A stretch of 64,000 bases of DNA, from contig DAOWGI010000092.1 in the NCBI GenBank assembly GCA_030637655.1, positions 33,631 through 97,630 on the forward strand, written 5' to 3'. How positions within the stretch are numbered: the stretch's first letter is position 1; every line of letters begins with the position of its first letter. Source of the DNA: a candidate division FCPU426 bacterium. GTDB lineage: Bacteria > Oederibacteriota > JAAXVQ01 > JAUVAV01. A program made the translations under genes and the position numbers. Positions 1 to 11,209 of the stretch are shown piece after piece. Under the pieces are notes generated by a model. The model saw nothing but the letters and a program-made list of their open reading frames with translations. It was not told the origin of the DNA and made no database searches.

Positions 1-585
1 TTGTAACGGTTTTTCGATAAAATCCAGCACATGCCCGCCGTACCGGTAGTTTAAAATCACGACCACAAAAAAACCCATTCCCACACCGGCCAGAATCAAA
101 CCCGATAATTTCAACCAGTTTTCAAAAGGAATAAAACACATGAGCAAAATAAAAAATATCAGCATGGCAATCAAATCCATGCCACGCTCCAGGACTACTG
201 TCCCAATGGCCGTACTGGTCGGGATGTTTTCGGTTTTACTTAACAGCCAGGCCCGGATCACTTCCCCTAATTTGAGTGGAAACACAAAGTTGCCAAAATA
301 ACCAATAAATATTATTCTAAAAAAATTCCAGATATGCGGTGGACAACATTTTTTTAACAATTGATACCACAGCAAAGCACGCATATAAATCGCCGCAAAG
401 ATAAAAACTCCACTAAGCAAAAGCCAGCCAACATTCATCTGCTTTACAGTTTTCCAGAGTTTTACAAAGTCAATGTTGTAGATCGCCAAACCAAGGAAAA
501 CAATACTGATAAGTATTCCCAGAGCAATTTTCCAGCCGGTTTTAGGCGCTTTCTTCTCTGTTACTGTTTTATTCACTGGCGTCAT
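1..585 (-). CDS. Lysylphosphatidylglycerol-synthase-TM / flippase-like (UPF0104) membrane protein, 3' end runs off the window
   Basis: Not in ORF track; read by eye from ATG at 585: MTPVNKTVTEKKAPKTGWKIALGILISIVFLGLAIYNIDF...IGYFGNFVFPLKLGEVIRAWLL...GTVVLERGMD, which matches the family motif GY..N...P..LGE..R and V.ER..D. Confidence 0.8.
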   Translation of the reverse strand, partial: MTPVNKTVTEKKAPKTGWKIALGILISIVFLGLAIYNIDFVKLWKTVKQMNVGWLLLSGVFIFAAIYMRALLWYQLLKKCCPPHIWNFFRIIFIGYFGNFVFPLKLGEVIRAWLLSKTENIPTSTAIGTVVLERGMDLIAMLIFFILLMCFIPFENWLKLSGLILAGVGMGFFVVVILNYRYGGHVLDFIEKPLQ

Positions 586-605
586 GTGTTACCTGCTTAC
601 TTTCT

Positions 606-745
606 TGTAATATGTCAGTAAACTGCGCAGTTAAACAAAGATTGTCATTCCCGAGGGTTTAATCGGGAATCTGGTTTTTTAAACCATATCCCCGATACAA
701 GCATTCGGGGATGACAAACAAAAAAAACATGACTGACCTGTTACA
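606..745. mobile_element. MITE with TGT...ACA ends (IS481-like) carrying a GTCATTCCC-type REP hairpin
   Basis: Left end TGTAATATGTCAGTAA vs reverse complement of right end TGTAACAGGTCAGTCA (13/16); flanks CTTTCT and TTTTCT resemble a 6-bp target duplication. Confidence 0.5.
643..717. repeat. GTCATTCCC...GGGGATGAC double-hairpin REP-like repeat, copy 1
   Basis: Nearly identical (one visible mismatch) to 18706-18781; related partial copies at 18832-18863, 39474-39506 and 62151-62237. Confidence 0.85.
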
Positions 746-759
746 TTTTCTTGGTTATT

Positions 760-1632
760 TTAATTGACTGCCATCTGGGAAATAGTGTATTCCAAGGCAG
801 TGTCCAAATCCCAGAGTTTATTTTCAGTTAATACACTCTGCGCTTTATCTATGTTCAAACCACTGTTTAAGGGGCGGGGCGCCTTTTGTTTGAATTCGGC
901 TGTGGTCACGCTTTTAACGCTTTCCGGGTCTCCACCCAGTTTGGCAACAATCCGCCGGGCCAATTCATCTTTACCCACCCGGGTTGAACCCACGGTATGA
1001 TAAATGCCGGTACACTCTTTTTCAATCAACTCCGTTACCACGCGTGCCAGATTGACCGCCTGGGTGGGATTTCCAATTTGATCGCCGGGCACAGTAATGG
1101 GTTCACCGCAATTGACACGCTTTAATATTTGCATGAAAAAATTCATGGAATTGGGTAAAAAGGAGAAAACAAACATAGGCCGTACCACCAGATGTTTTTC
1201 CACTATATCCGCGACAATTTTTTCGCCTTCTAATTTGGTTTGCGCATACACGGATTTCGGATTAGGCGTATCGGTTTCGCTATAGGGACCCTGGTCTCCG
1301 GCAAAAACATAGTCAGTCGAAAAAAAGGTCAGGCCGGCTTTGATCTGTTGGCAAGCCTGGGCCACGTTTTTGGCGCCCTGTACATTAATGGCTTCTGCTT
1401 CATCCGGTTTTTCTTCACACCGGTCCACATGAGTCATGGCCGCTGTTAAAATAACCTGTTCCGGTTGAACTTCCCGCAAATGTCGTGTTACCGCCGGCGC
1501 ATCCCGAATATCCAAAGGCGGGAGCTGATTGCCCGGCAGCATGGCTGTGCCAAAAACCTGATGCTTAGCTGCCGGCGCGCGCAGAAAAAAGGTTCCGACC
1601 TGCCCTTCAGCGCCAATAACCAATATTTTCAC
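760..1632 (-). CDS. rmlD: dTDP-4-dehydrorhamnose reductase (RmlD-like SDR)
   Basis: GAEGQVG Rossmann motif, AAMTHVDRCE, STDYVF, YAQTK (YxxxK), APRP near the C-terminus. Confidence 0.85.
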   Translation of the reverse strand: MKILVIGAEGQVGTFFLRAPAAKHQVFGTAMLPGNQLPPLDIRDAPAVTRHLREVQPEQVILTAAMTHVDRCEEKPDEAEAINVQGAKNVAQACQQIKAGLTFFSTDYVFAGDQGPYSETDTPNPKSVYAQTKLEGEKIVADIVEKHLVVRPMFVFSFLPNSMNFFMQILKRVNCGEPITVPGDQIGNPTQAVNLARVVTELIEKECTGIYHTVGSTRVGKDELARRIVAKLGGDPESVKSVTTAEFKQKAPRPLNSGLNIDKAQSVLTENKLWDLDTALEYTISQMAVN

Positions 1633-1683
1633 ACCTTCACCTCATTCCGGCTGTGTACCCGGTTTTGTGTTTTTCAGTTCATC

Positions 1684-3923
<2,240 letters not shown>

Positions 3924-3931
3924 GGGTTTTA

Positions 3932-4684
3932 TTACCTCTTTCTTTTTTTCTTGGTCATCTCGCTGTGCATCATCACATTGGCCTCAAACCAGGAATCAAT
4001 GGATTCTCCGGCATCAGCCCAGTGCTCTTTAAGTATTCCGTATTGCATCTTTTGGCGGCGAATATAGGCATTGTTCACATCAGTAATTTCAAGTTCTCCA
4101 CGCCCTGAGGGTTTTAAGGTTTTAATGATTTTAAAAACCAGAGCATCATAAAAATAAATTCCAATCACAGCATAGGGTGAGGGCACTTTTTTGGGTTTCT
4201 CAACAATGCCGGTAATGGTCTTGCCTTTGAACTTAGGCACACCGTAGGAGGATAAATTGCCGACTTCTTTCAAGAGAATCATACCGCCCTGCGTTTTTTT
4301 ACTAAATTGCCGCACATACGGTTTCAAAGAATCGTAGACCATGTTGTCTCCTAAAAAGACCATAATCGGATGTCCTTCGGAAAACTCTTCTGCCAGCCCT
4401 AAGGCTTCGGCAATACCGCCTTCGCCTTTTTGATAAGTATATTGCAAGCGTTTGATGCCAAACTGACGTCCATCCCCGATCAAACGCAAAAAATCGCCGG
4501 CGTTGTTCCCGCCGGTTACCAGCATGATCTCATCAATACCGGCTTCCACCATCTTCTTCAACGGATGAAAAATCATGGGCTGGTTGTACACCGGCAGCAA
4601 ATGTTTATTAGTAATGTCAGTCAATGGTTTCAAGCGTGTACCCAAGCCACCGGCTAAAATAACTCCTTTTACCTTTTTGGACAT
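3932..4684 (-). CDS. rmlA: Glucose-1-phosphate thymidylyltransferase (short SpsI/RmlA type)
   Basis: ILAGGLGTRLKPLT, KHLLPVY, LGDN, EKP, SGRGELEITD. Confidence 0.9.
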   Translation of the reverse strand: MSKKVKGVILAGGLGTRLKPLTDITNKHLLPVYNQPMIFHPLKKMVEAGIDEIMLVTGGNNAGDFLRLIGDGRQFGIKRLQYTYQKGEGGIAEALGLAEEFSEGHPIMVFLGDNMVYDSLKPYVRQFSKKTQGGMILLKEVGNLSSYGVPKFKGKTITGIVEKPKKVPSPYAVIGIYFYDALVFKIIKTLKPSGRGELEITDVNNAYIRRQKMQYGILKEHWADAGESIDSWFEANVMMHSEMTKKKRKR

Positions 4685-4713
4685 AGTATTTCTCCTAACC
4701 TGCTTTTTAAATT

Positions 4714-6009
4714 TTATTTTCTACCTACACCCTGATAAGTAAACCCTAGGGCTTTTGTTTTTTGCGGATCATAAATGTTGCGGCCATCCACAATCACCGG
4801 GGTTTTCATTAAGCTTTTGACTCGCTGCAAATCCATCTCTTTGAATTCGTTCCACTCCGTAAATATCACCAGGCAGTGAGCGCCTGCTACCGCTGTGTAG
4901 GCATCATCAGCCAATTTGACTCCAGGTAATTCTTTTTCCGCGTGTTCCAAAGCAGCCGGATCATAAACGCGCACCCTGGCTCCGTTTTCCTGCAACAACC
5001 GGATAACCTCCACCGCCACCGCCTCGCGCAAATCATCAGTGTCCGGTTTAAAAGAAAGTCCCAGGGCCGCAATCTGTTTGCCTTCCAGCGGCCCCAACAC
5101 ATCCTTAATCCTGGCTAACATGGAACGTTTTTGATACGCGTTGGCCTCAACCACGGCATTGAGCACCTTGAAATCATAGCCTTCTTTCTTGGCTTTCTGA
5201 ATCAAAGCGGAAACATCTTTAGGAAAGCAGGAACCGCCGTACCCGGCGCCGGCATTGAGAAACGCGGGCCCTATGCGGGAGTCCATTCCCATACCGTGCG
5301 CCACTTTGATCACGTCCGCGTCCACTTTTTCGCAAAGATTGGCAATCTCGTTGATAAAGGTAATCTTGGTTGCCAGAAACGCGTTGCTGGCGTATTTGAT
5401 CATCTCAGCGCTGCGCAGATCAGTTACCATAATCTCGGCTTCCAAGGGTTTGTACAGTTCGCTCACCCGTTCGGCGGCAACACCATCATTGGTGCCGATC
5501 AGTACCCGGTCCGGATGCATAAAATCATGCACAGCCGATCCTTCCCGCAAAAATTCCGGATTGGAAACCACATCCACTTTATGCTCTAAGCCGCCGTGTT
5601 CCTCAATAATGCTGGCCACCAGATCACCCATGCCAACCGGAACCGTGCTTTTGTCCACCACAATCTTACTGCCATTGAGGTGCTCACCAATACCGGCTGC
5701 CACCTGCTTGACAGCGCTCAAATCCGCTTCGCCGCCTTCAGCTTGCGGGGTCCCGACCGCAATAAAAATAAATTCCGATTGTTCAACACCCTGCTTCAAA
5801 TCAGTGGTGAAGGTCAGACGTTTATGCAAATTATGATCAATCAATTCTTTGAGTCCGGGCTCATAGATGGGTATACTACCCTGCTGCAATTTTTTAATTT
5901 TAGCCTGGTCAACATCCACGCCAATGACCTCATTGCCCAAATCCGCAAAACAGGCGCAGGTGACCAGCCCGACATATCCGGTTCCAACCACACATATTTT
6001 CACAGCCAA
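4714..6009 (-). CDS. ugd: UDP-glucose/GDP-mannose dehydrogenase
   Basis: GTGYVGL, KSTVPVG, SNPEFLREG, GYGGSCFPKD, FKPDTDDLRE, DGRN. Confidence 0.95.
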   Translation of the reverse strand: MAVKICVVGTGYVGLVTCACFADLGNEVIGVDVDQAKIKKLQQGSIPIYEPGLKELIDHNLHKRLTFTTDLKQGVEQSEFIFIAVGTPQAEGGEADLSAVKQVAAGIGEHLNGSKIVVDKSTVPVGMGDLVASIIEEHGGLEHKVDVVSNPEFLREGSAVHDFMHPDRVLIGTNDGVAAERVSELYKPLEAEIMVTDLRSAEMIKYASNAFLATKITFINEIANLCEKVDADVIKVAHGMGMDSRIGPAFLNAGAGYGGSCFPKDVSALIQKAKKEGYDFKVLNAVVEANAYQKRSMLARIKDVLGPLEGKQIAALGLSFKPDTDDLREAVAVEVIRLLQENGARVRVYDPAALEHAEKELPGVKLADDAYTAVAGAHCLVIFTEWNEFKEMDLQRVKSLMKTPVIVDGRNIYDPQKTKALGFTYQGVGRK

Positions 6010-6087
6010 TCTCCCTTCCCTGGTTACTGAAATGTTATTTTCACTTTAAAAACAGGAATAACTCCATATTTATATAAAAAGAAAGGA

Positions 6088-6116
6088 ATTATAGCATTTC
6101 TCTTATTATCCAACAA
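6088..6116 (-). promoter_or_regulatory. Putative sigma70 promoter of the ugd-rml-gmd operon
   Basis: Minus strand TTGTTG-17bp-TATAAT with an extended TG motif. Confidence 0.5.
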
Positions 6117-6152
6117 GTTTAAACCCGTTTTTTTCCTGACTTGGTAAAGCGT

Positions 6153-8333
6153 TTATTCTCCGATCGAGACGCCCTCAGCGCCTCCCATGCCCAGTTTAAA
6201 TTCAGGAAAGGCCTTAAGATTTATACCTAATCCTACTTCCATATTTCCGTCCGAGTAAACTTTGACACCGGCATTCATGGCCCAGCAGTGCAAGTCCCGG
6301 GAAAGACTGAGCGAGAAATTGGTGAATTCCTTTTTTACTGCATCGTACTGGAGCACACTGTTTAAAGAGACGCCGGTTCCGGGCCGGAAACCGGCACTCA
6401 AGGTGCCAAATAAGGAATGATCCCGAATCGCGGTCCCGATATAGGAATACGAACCACTTATGGTCAGATTCCAAATCTTGCCATACATACTGCTGGACAA
6501 ATAGGCGGAGGTAATACGTTCCCGCACCCAGGAGTGTTGTCCTTGCCCGGTTATGGATATCTGCGGACTGATAGTAGCTCTGCCATTAAAGGTCAAGATA
6601 TCCATACGCTCACGCCAATTGTGGTTCTCTTCAAAATCAAGCAAATTATATCCGGTTGAGGTTTGTAAGGTTATAAAATTGCCCATGTAATAGTCAGTGG
6701 CTAGTCCCACACGATGGGATGTGATCCCAGCCCTTGGCAGACTGATATCCGCCAGCATGGGAAACTTGCGCGTGAACTCATGCGAGATACGGGTCTGCAG
6801 CAAGTGCGTTGGTTTAGTATAACGGTAATTGACCCATTTGTTGGTTAAGGTGACACGCGTGCTGTACGCGGCGTCCAATTCAGTTTGCCGGGTATCATAA
6901 TCAGCATAAAAGGTTTCACGATACACCCCGGCAATCGGCAAATTCAAAGAGCCGGACAGACTGGGCTGGGTCACCACCCACACCGGTAGTGTGAGGGTCT
7001 GAGTAAAACCGGGTCTGACACTAAATGTGTCGCGGTATCGATAACGAATAGCTTCTGTCCCAATACGATCATAGGCGCGGTTAACAGAAGAATTAAAATT
7101 AAAATAAATGGGATAACGCATGTCCGCGACTTTGCGGGAAGATAGCGAAAAATTTACCGTCGGCAATTCGCGGCTGGAAGTATAGTATTGATCCCGTTCC
7201 GGATCCAGGCTTTCCACATCACTGGCTCTCATACTAAAATAGTAACCATCTCCACGATGCGAATACGCGAGATAGGATTTCTGCTGGAAAGTATCCACCA
7301 GATCGTATGAAAATTCACGGTTAAAGGTGCGGTCTGAGAGATAGTCCAGATTGAGCTGCAAGAGATCCCGATCCGTAAATTCATGCCGGTTGGACATATT
7401 CGCGGTCCAGCGTTCAACACCCTGTTCCTTATCATTAACATACATGGCCAAAAGATCACCAGCGCCTTTTCCGTAGAATTCATATTCCAGATGATGGTCC
7501 AGCCCCACACCCACACCTTTTTTCTCCATAAAATCCAGTAAGATGCCGCCATAACTTTCTTTCCAGAGGTAATAATTAAAACGCAGTTTGGTAAAAAAAC
7601 CCTCAAAATCATTGTATCCAATCCGGATCGAGAATGGCGTCCGGTTGTCTTTTAAAGAACGGCGGATCCAGGGCAGATAAAAGAGCGGCGTGGTTCCCAC
7701 ATACACAATGGCATGGTGCGCGGTTAAAGAGTCATTGAGGATAATATCGATCTGATCGGCTGTCAGGTGATAATGCGGATGACGGGCATTGCAGGTGGTA
7801 AAACGCGCGGCGCGAATAGTTACCTTGTCTTCGCCCTCTTTTTCCACGGATGCCCCTTGATAATACCAAGGATGCGTGGCAAACAAAATTCCCTGCATTT
7901 TAGCGCTGCGGGTTTCCAAATCATAATCCAATTTGACACACCTGATTTTCCGCTGTTTTTCAATCAGCACCACATTACCTCTGGCATGTACCCAATTGGT
8001 TTCCATATTTGCTTGCGCTTGGTCGGCATTTAAGGTCACATTGGCATACCACACGCGAACATTACCCACTGCGGTGAGCACGCTATTTGCTTCCTCGTAA
8101 TGAAAACGATCCGCAAACAAGGTGACTTTATCAGGCGCTAAAACCTTGCCAACAGCCGTGTTGGACTCCGCCTCCGGTATAACCGGCGCTTCAGCCTGCA
8201 CGACTGTTGGCACCAACACCGGCAGTGCCAAAATCAGCAGTAAAAAAAGTGGCGTGCCGCTATGCGACACGCCGGTCATCAGTTGTCTCATGGTATGCTC
8301 TCGACCCGGATGGCAGCAGTCGCCCGGGGACAT
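6153..8333 (-). CDS. lptD: LPS-assembly protein LptD (OstA) family outer-membrane protein
   Basis: Signal-like hydrophobic segment, OstA-like N-domain (LTAVGNVRV, ARGNVVL), FTTC..HPHY and PLFYLP motifs, C-terminal RDLHCW, beta-strand-rich body. Start uncertain. Confidence 0.8.
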   Translation of the reverse strand: MSPGDCCHPGREHTMRQLMTGVSHSGTPLFLLLILALPVLVPTVVQAEAPVIPEAESNTAVGKVLAPDKVTLFADRFHYEEANSVLTAVGNVRVWYANVTLNADQAQANMETNWVHARGNVVLIEKQRKIRCVKLDYDLETRSAKMQGILFATHPWYYQGASVEKEGEDKVTIRAARFTTCNARHPHYHLTADQIDIILNDSLTAHHAIVYVGTTPLFYLPWIRRSLKDNRTPFSIRIGYNDFEGFFTKLRFNYYLWKESYGGILLDFMEKKGVGVGLDHHLEYEFYGKGAGDLLAMYVNDKEQGVERWTANMSNRHEFTDRDLLQLNLDYLSDRTFNREFSYDLVDTFQQKSYLAYSHRGDGYYFSMRASDVESLDPERDQYYTSSRELPTVNFSLSSRKVADMRYPIYFNFNSSVNRAYDRIGTEAIRYRYRDTFSVRPGFTQTLTLPVWVVTQPSLSGSLNLPIAGVYRETFYADYDTRQTELDAAYSTRVTLTNKWVNYRYTKPTHLLQTRISHEFTRKFPMLADISLPRAGITSHRVGLATDYYMGNFITLQTSTGYNLLDFEENHNWRERMDILTFNGRATISPQISITGQGQHSWVRERITSAYLSSSMYGKIWNLTISGSYSYIGTAIRDHSLFGTLSAGFRPGTGVSLNSVLQYDAVKKEFTNFSLSLSRDLHCWAMNAGVKVYSDGNMEVGLGINLKAFPEFKLGMGGAEGVSIGE

Positions 8334-9448
8334 TAAACAATAGTTTGCTCTGTAGCTCTGTCAAAAAAGTGGGCCTTACTCATATCAAAAACCAGATCAA
8401 TGTCCTGGTTGACTTCCAACTGCTCGTATGAAGCTACCCGAGCCATAAAAGGACTTTTGCCGGTGGTCAAATACAAATAGGCTTCTGCGCCCATGGGTTC
8501 CACCACTTCCACGGTTGCGGTAATGGTGTTGTCCGGCGAGGCATTGGAAGCATACACTTTATCAAAAATATCCTCCGGCCGGATCCCTAAGGTTAAATCT
8601 TTGCCCATGTATTCTTCCAGCGTGGAAATGTGATCATCATGGACTTTTACTGTAAAATTCTCTTCAGAAAAATAAACCGCATCTTTTTTCTTAATCAATG
8701 ACCCTTCCATAAAGTTCATAGCAGGAGATCCGATAAACCCGGCCACAAATTTGTTGGTGGGTTGATCATACAAGGTAATAGGATCGGCAATCTGTTGGAT
8801 CAACCCGTCTTTCATGACCACAATACGATCACCCATGGTCATGGCTTCAACCTGATCGTGCGTAACATAAATCATGGTAGCTTGCAAACGGGTGTGCAAT
8901 TTGCTAATCTCAGCACGCATCTGGACACGCAATTTGGCGTCCAAATTGGATAGCGGTTCGTCAAAGAGAAATACTTTGGGTTTCCGAACAATAGCTCTGC
9001 CCACAGCCACACGCTGCCGCTGACCACCGGAGAGCACTCTGGGTTTCTTCTCTAAAATGTCAGTAATCCCGAGAATATCCGCGGTTTCCAAAACCCGCTG
9101 CTGGATCTCTTCTTTGGGCAATTTCTTTAATTTCAAACCAAACGACATGTTTTCATACACATTCATGTGCGGATAGAGCGCGTAATTCTGAAAAACCATG
9201 GCAATGTCACGATCTTTAGGAGGCATATCATTGACTAACTTGTCTGCAATCATAATTTCGCCTTCAGTGATATCTTCCAAACCGGCAATTAAACGTAAAG
9301 TAGTTGATTTTCCGCATCCGGACGGACCGACCAAGACAATAAATTCTTTGTCTTCACAACTTAAATTGACATTTCTAACTGCTTCCTTAGGTTTTCCGGG
9401 CTTATCCGGAAATCTTTTCCAAACATTTTTAAGAACCACACGTGCCAA
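8333..9448 (-). CDS. Sugar ABC transporter ATP-binding protein (MalK/MsmX/UgpC type)
   Basis: GPSGCGKST, VFQNYALYPHM, LSGGQRQR, DEPLSNLDAKLR, YVTHDQ, C-terminal TOBE/OB region. Confidence 0.95.
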   Translation of the reverse strand: MARVVLKNVWKRFPDKPGKPKEAVRNVNLSCEDKEFIVLVGPSGCGKSTTLRLIAGLEDITEGEIMIADKLVNDMPPKDRDIAMVFQNYALYPHMNVYENMSFGLKLKKLPKEEIQQRVLETADILGITDILEKKPRVLSGGQRQRVAVGRAIVRKPKVFLFDEPLSNLDAKLRVQMRAEISKLHTRLQATMIYVTHDQVEAMTMGDRIVVMKDGLIQQIADPITLYDQPTNKFVAGFIGSPAMNFMEGSLIKKKDAVYFSEENFTVKVHDDHISTLEEYMGKDLTLGIRPEDIFDKVYASNASPDNTITATVEVVEPMGAEAYLYLTTGKSPFMARVASYEQLEVNQDIDLVFDMSKAHFFDRATEQTIV

Positions 9449-9474
9449 GGTACTACCTCCTCAAATGATGCAAT

Positions 9475-9513
9475 ATATAAATAGGAACAATGTTACTTTG
9501 TTCCTATTTATAT
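9475..9513. promoter_or_regulatory. Perfect 16-bp inverted repeat upstream of the MalK-type gene (operator or RNA hairpin)
   Basis: ATATAAATAGGAACAA-tgttact-TTGTTCCTATTTATAT. Confidence 0.55.
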
Positions 9514-9564
9514 TGGATCTTGATAAAAAACGATTTTAAATACAAAAAATAATAGGTTTTCGCT

Positions 9565-9594
9565 ATTTTACAGACGTTACCTATTCACTGTCAA
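9565..9594 (-). promoter_or_regulatory. Putative sigma70 promoter of malK-lptD
   Basis: Minus strand TTGACA-18bp-TAAAAT. Confidence 0.5.
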
Positions 9595-9598
9595 TCAT

Positions 9599-11044
9599 TT
9601 ATTTGCCCTTTTTGGCCTTTTTAGCCGTAAAAAGACGGTTCCGGACTTTCTTTAGTGCTGCTTTAACTCGGCTGGACGCTGTTCCACCCAATGATTTTTT
9701 ACGTTCAATACTATTTTGCAGACGAACAACCTGTAAAATCCCTGCTTGAAATTGAGGATGAAAGTTTCTCCACTTAGCTAAGCTAAGCTGCTCCAACTGC
9801 AACCCTTCTTGGGCAGCATAGGTCACTGCCCGGCCAACCACCGCATGCGCCTCCCGAAATGGCACCCCCTGAGCAACCAAATGATCAGCAGCTTCTGTGG
9901 CAGTGGGAAAACCGTGCTGACAAGCTGATTGCATGGCCTCCTGGTTTAACCGCATGCTCTCCAACATGGGTGCCAACACAATGAAGGTCTGAATCAATAT
10001 GTCGGACGTATTGAATATTGGTTCCTTATCTTCTTGCAAATCACGATTGTAGGTCATAGGCAAACCTTTGAGTACAGTCAAGAGTGTGACTAAATTACCC
10101 ACAATCTTACCGCTTCGGCCGCGAATCAATTCCGCAATATCCGGATTACGCTTTTGCGGCATAATTGAAGATCCGGTGGAAAATCCTTGATTTAAGGTAA
10201 TAAATTGGTATTCACTACTGGAGAACCACACAATTTCTTCAGCCAGACGCGAAGTGTGAATCGCGCAAATCGCGGCTGCATTTAAAAACTCCAAACAGAA
10301 ATCGCGATCGCCTACCGTATCCATCGAATTCGCGGTAACTCGTGAAAAACCAAGATATTTCGCTACCTGTTGCCTGTCAATAGGATGCGTAGTCCCGGCT
10401 AAAGCAGCAGATCCCAAAGGTAATTCATCCAAACTACCAAACAGGAGTCGGGTAAAACGCGTTTCATCCCGCACCAAGGCTTCCAAATGCGCCAGCAGCC
10501 AGTGTGAAACCAAAACCGGTTGTGCTACCTGCATATGCGTATACCCGGGCATAACCCAGCCCATATGTTTCTCCGCCAATTTCAAGAACACCTTCTGGAT
10601 GGTGCGCAAGCCTTGGATGATTTCTTCACACTCATCCTGCAAATACAATTTTACATCAGTAAGCACCTGGTCATTGCGTGACCGCGCAGTATGCATTTTT
10701 CCTGCTACACTGCCGATGATCTCATACAAGCGTCTTTCCACCAGCATGTGCACATCTTCATCCTGAGAGGTAATTTTAATGCTTCCCTTTTCCCATTCTT
10801 GCAGAATCTTTTGCAGACCCTGCTGTATTTTCCGCGCTTCCGTCCGGCGTAGTATTTTTTGCCTGCCCAGCATTTCCACATGCGCTTGACTGCCAATAAT
10901 ATCATATGGCAACAAACGGATGTCCACCGCCAGCGAAGATGAGTAGGCTTCCGCCCTGGGATCCGGCCCTTGGGTAAAGCGTCCGGACCAGGCTTTGCCA
11001 GGTGCTTTGGTTTTCATTTTTTTTGGTTTGGGGGTCATGGTCAT
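9599..11044 (-). CDS. argH: Argininosuccinate lyase
   Basis: WSGRF, HTARSRNDQV, MPGYTHMQ, GSSIMPQKRNPD, YNRDLQEDKE. Confidence 0.97.
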   Translation of the reverse strand: MTMTPKPKKMKTKAPGKAWSGRFTQGPDPRAEAYSSSLAVDIRLLPYDIIGSQAHVEMLGRQKILRRTEARKIQQGLQKILQEWEKGSIKITSQDEDVHMLVERRLYEIIGSVAGKMHTARSRNDQVLTDVKLYLQDECEEIIQGLRTIQKVFLKLAEKHMGWVMPGYTHMQVAQPVLVSHWLLAHLEALVRDETRFTRLLFGSLDELPLGSAALAGTTHPIDRQQVAKYLGFSRVTANSMDTVGDRDFCLEFLNAAAICAIHTSRLAEEIVWFSSSEYQFITLNQGFSTGSSIMPQKRNPDIAELIRGRSGKIVGNLVTLLTVLKGLPMTYNRDLQEDKEPIFNTSDILIQTFIVLAPMLESMRLNQEAMQSACQHGFPTATEAADHLVAQGVPFREAHAVVGRAVTYAAQEGLQLEQLSLAKWRNFHPQFQAGILQVVRLQNSIERKKSLGGTASSRVKAALKKVRNRLFTAKKAKKGK

Positions 11045-11059
11045 TCGTCCTTTTCATGA

Positions 11060-11206
11060 CGGGCGACCGCGAGGGTCGCCCCTACATTTTTCTTGGGCAA
11101 ATCGTCCTTCTGCCAGGGCGCTGCTAGCTGCACCCCTACATTTTTCACGAGCCATACGTTGCAATGGGTCACGGACACACGGACGAATACAAGATTCGCC
11201 CCTACA
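11060..11206 (-). repeat. Cluster of three GTAG-type REP-like palindromes
   Basis: GGGCGACCGCGAGGGTCGCCCCTAC, GGGCGCTGCTAGCTGCACCCCTAC, GGACGAATACAAGATTCGCCCCTAC. Confidence 0.8.
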
Positions 11207-11209
11207 TAT

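Noticed and set aside
5131-6030. Plus-strand ORFs opposite ugd, and similar shadows opposite argB, hslU, xerC, cheC, pilT and lepA
   Set aside because: They lie fully antisense to clearly conserved genes and show no recognisable motifs.
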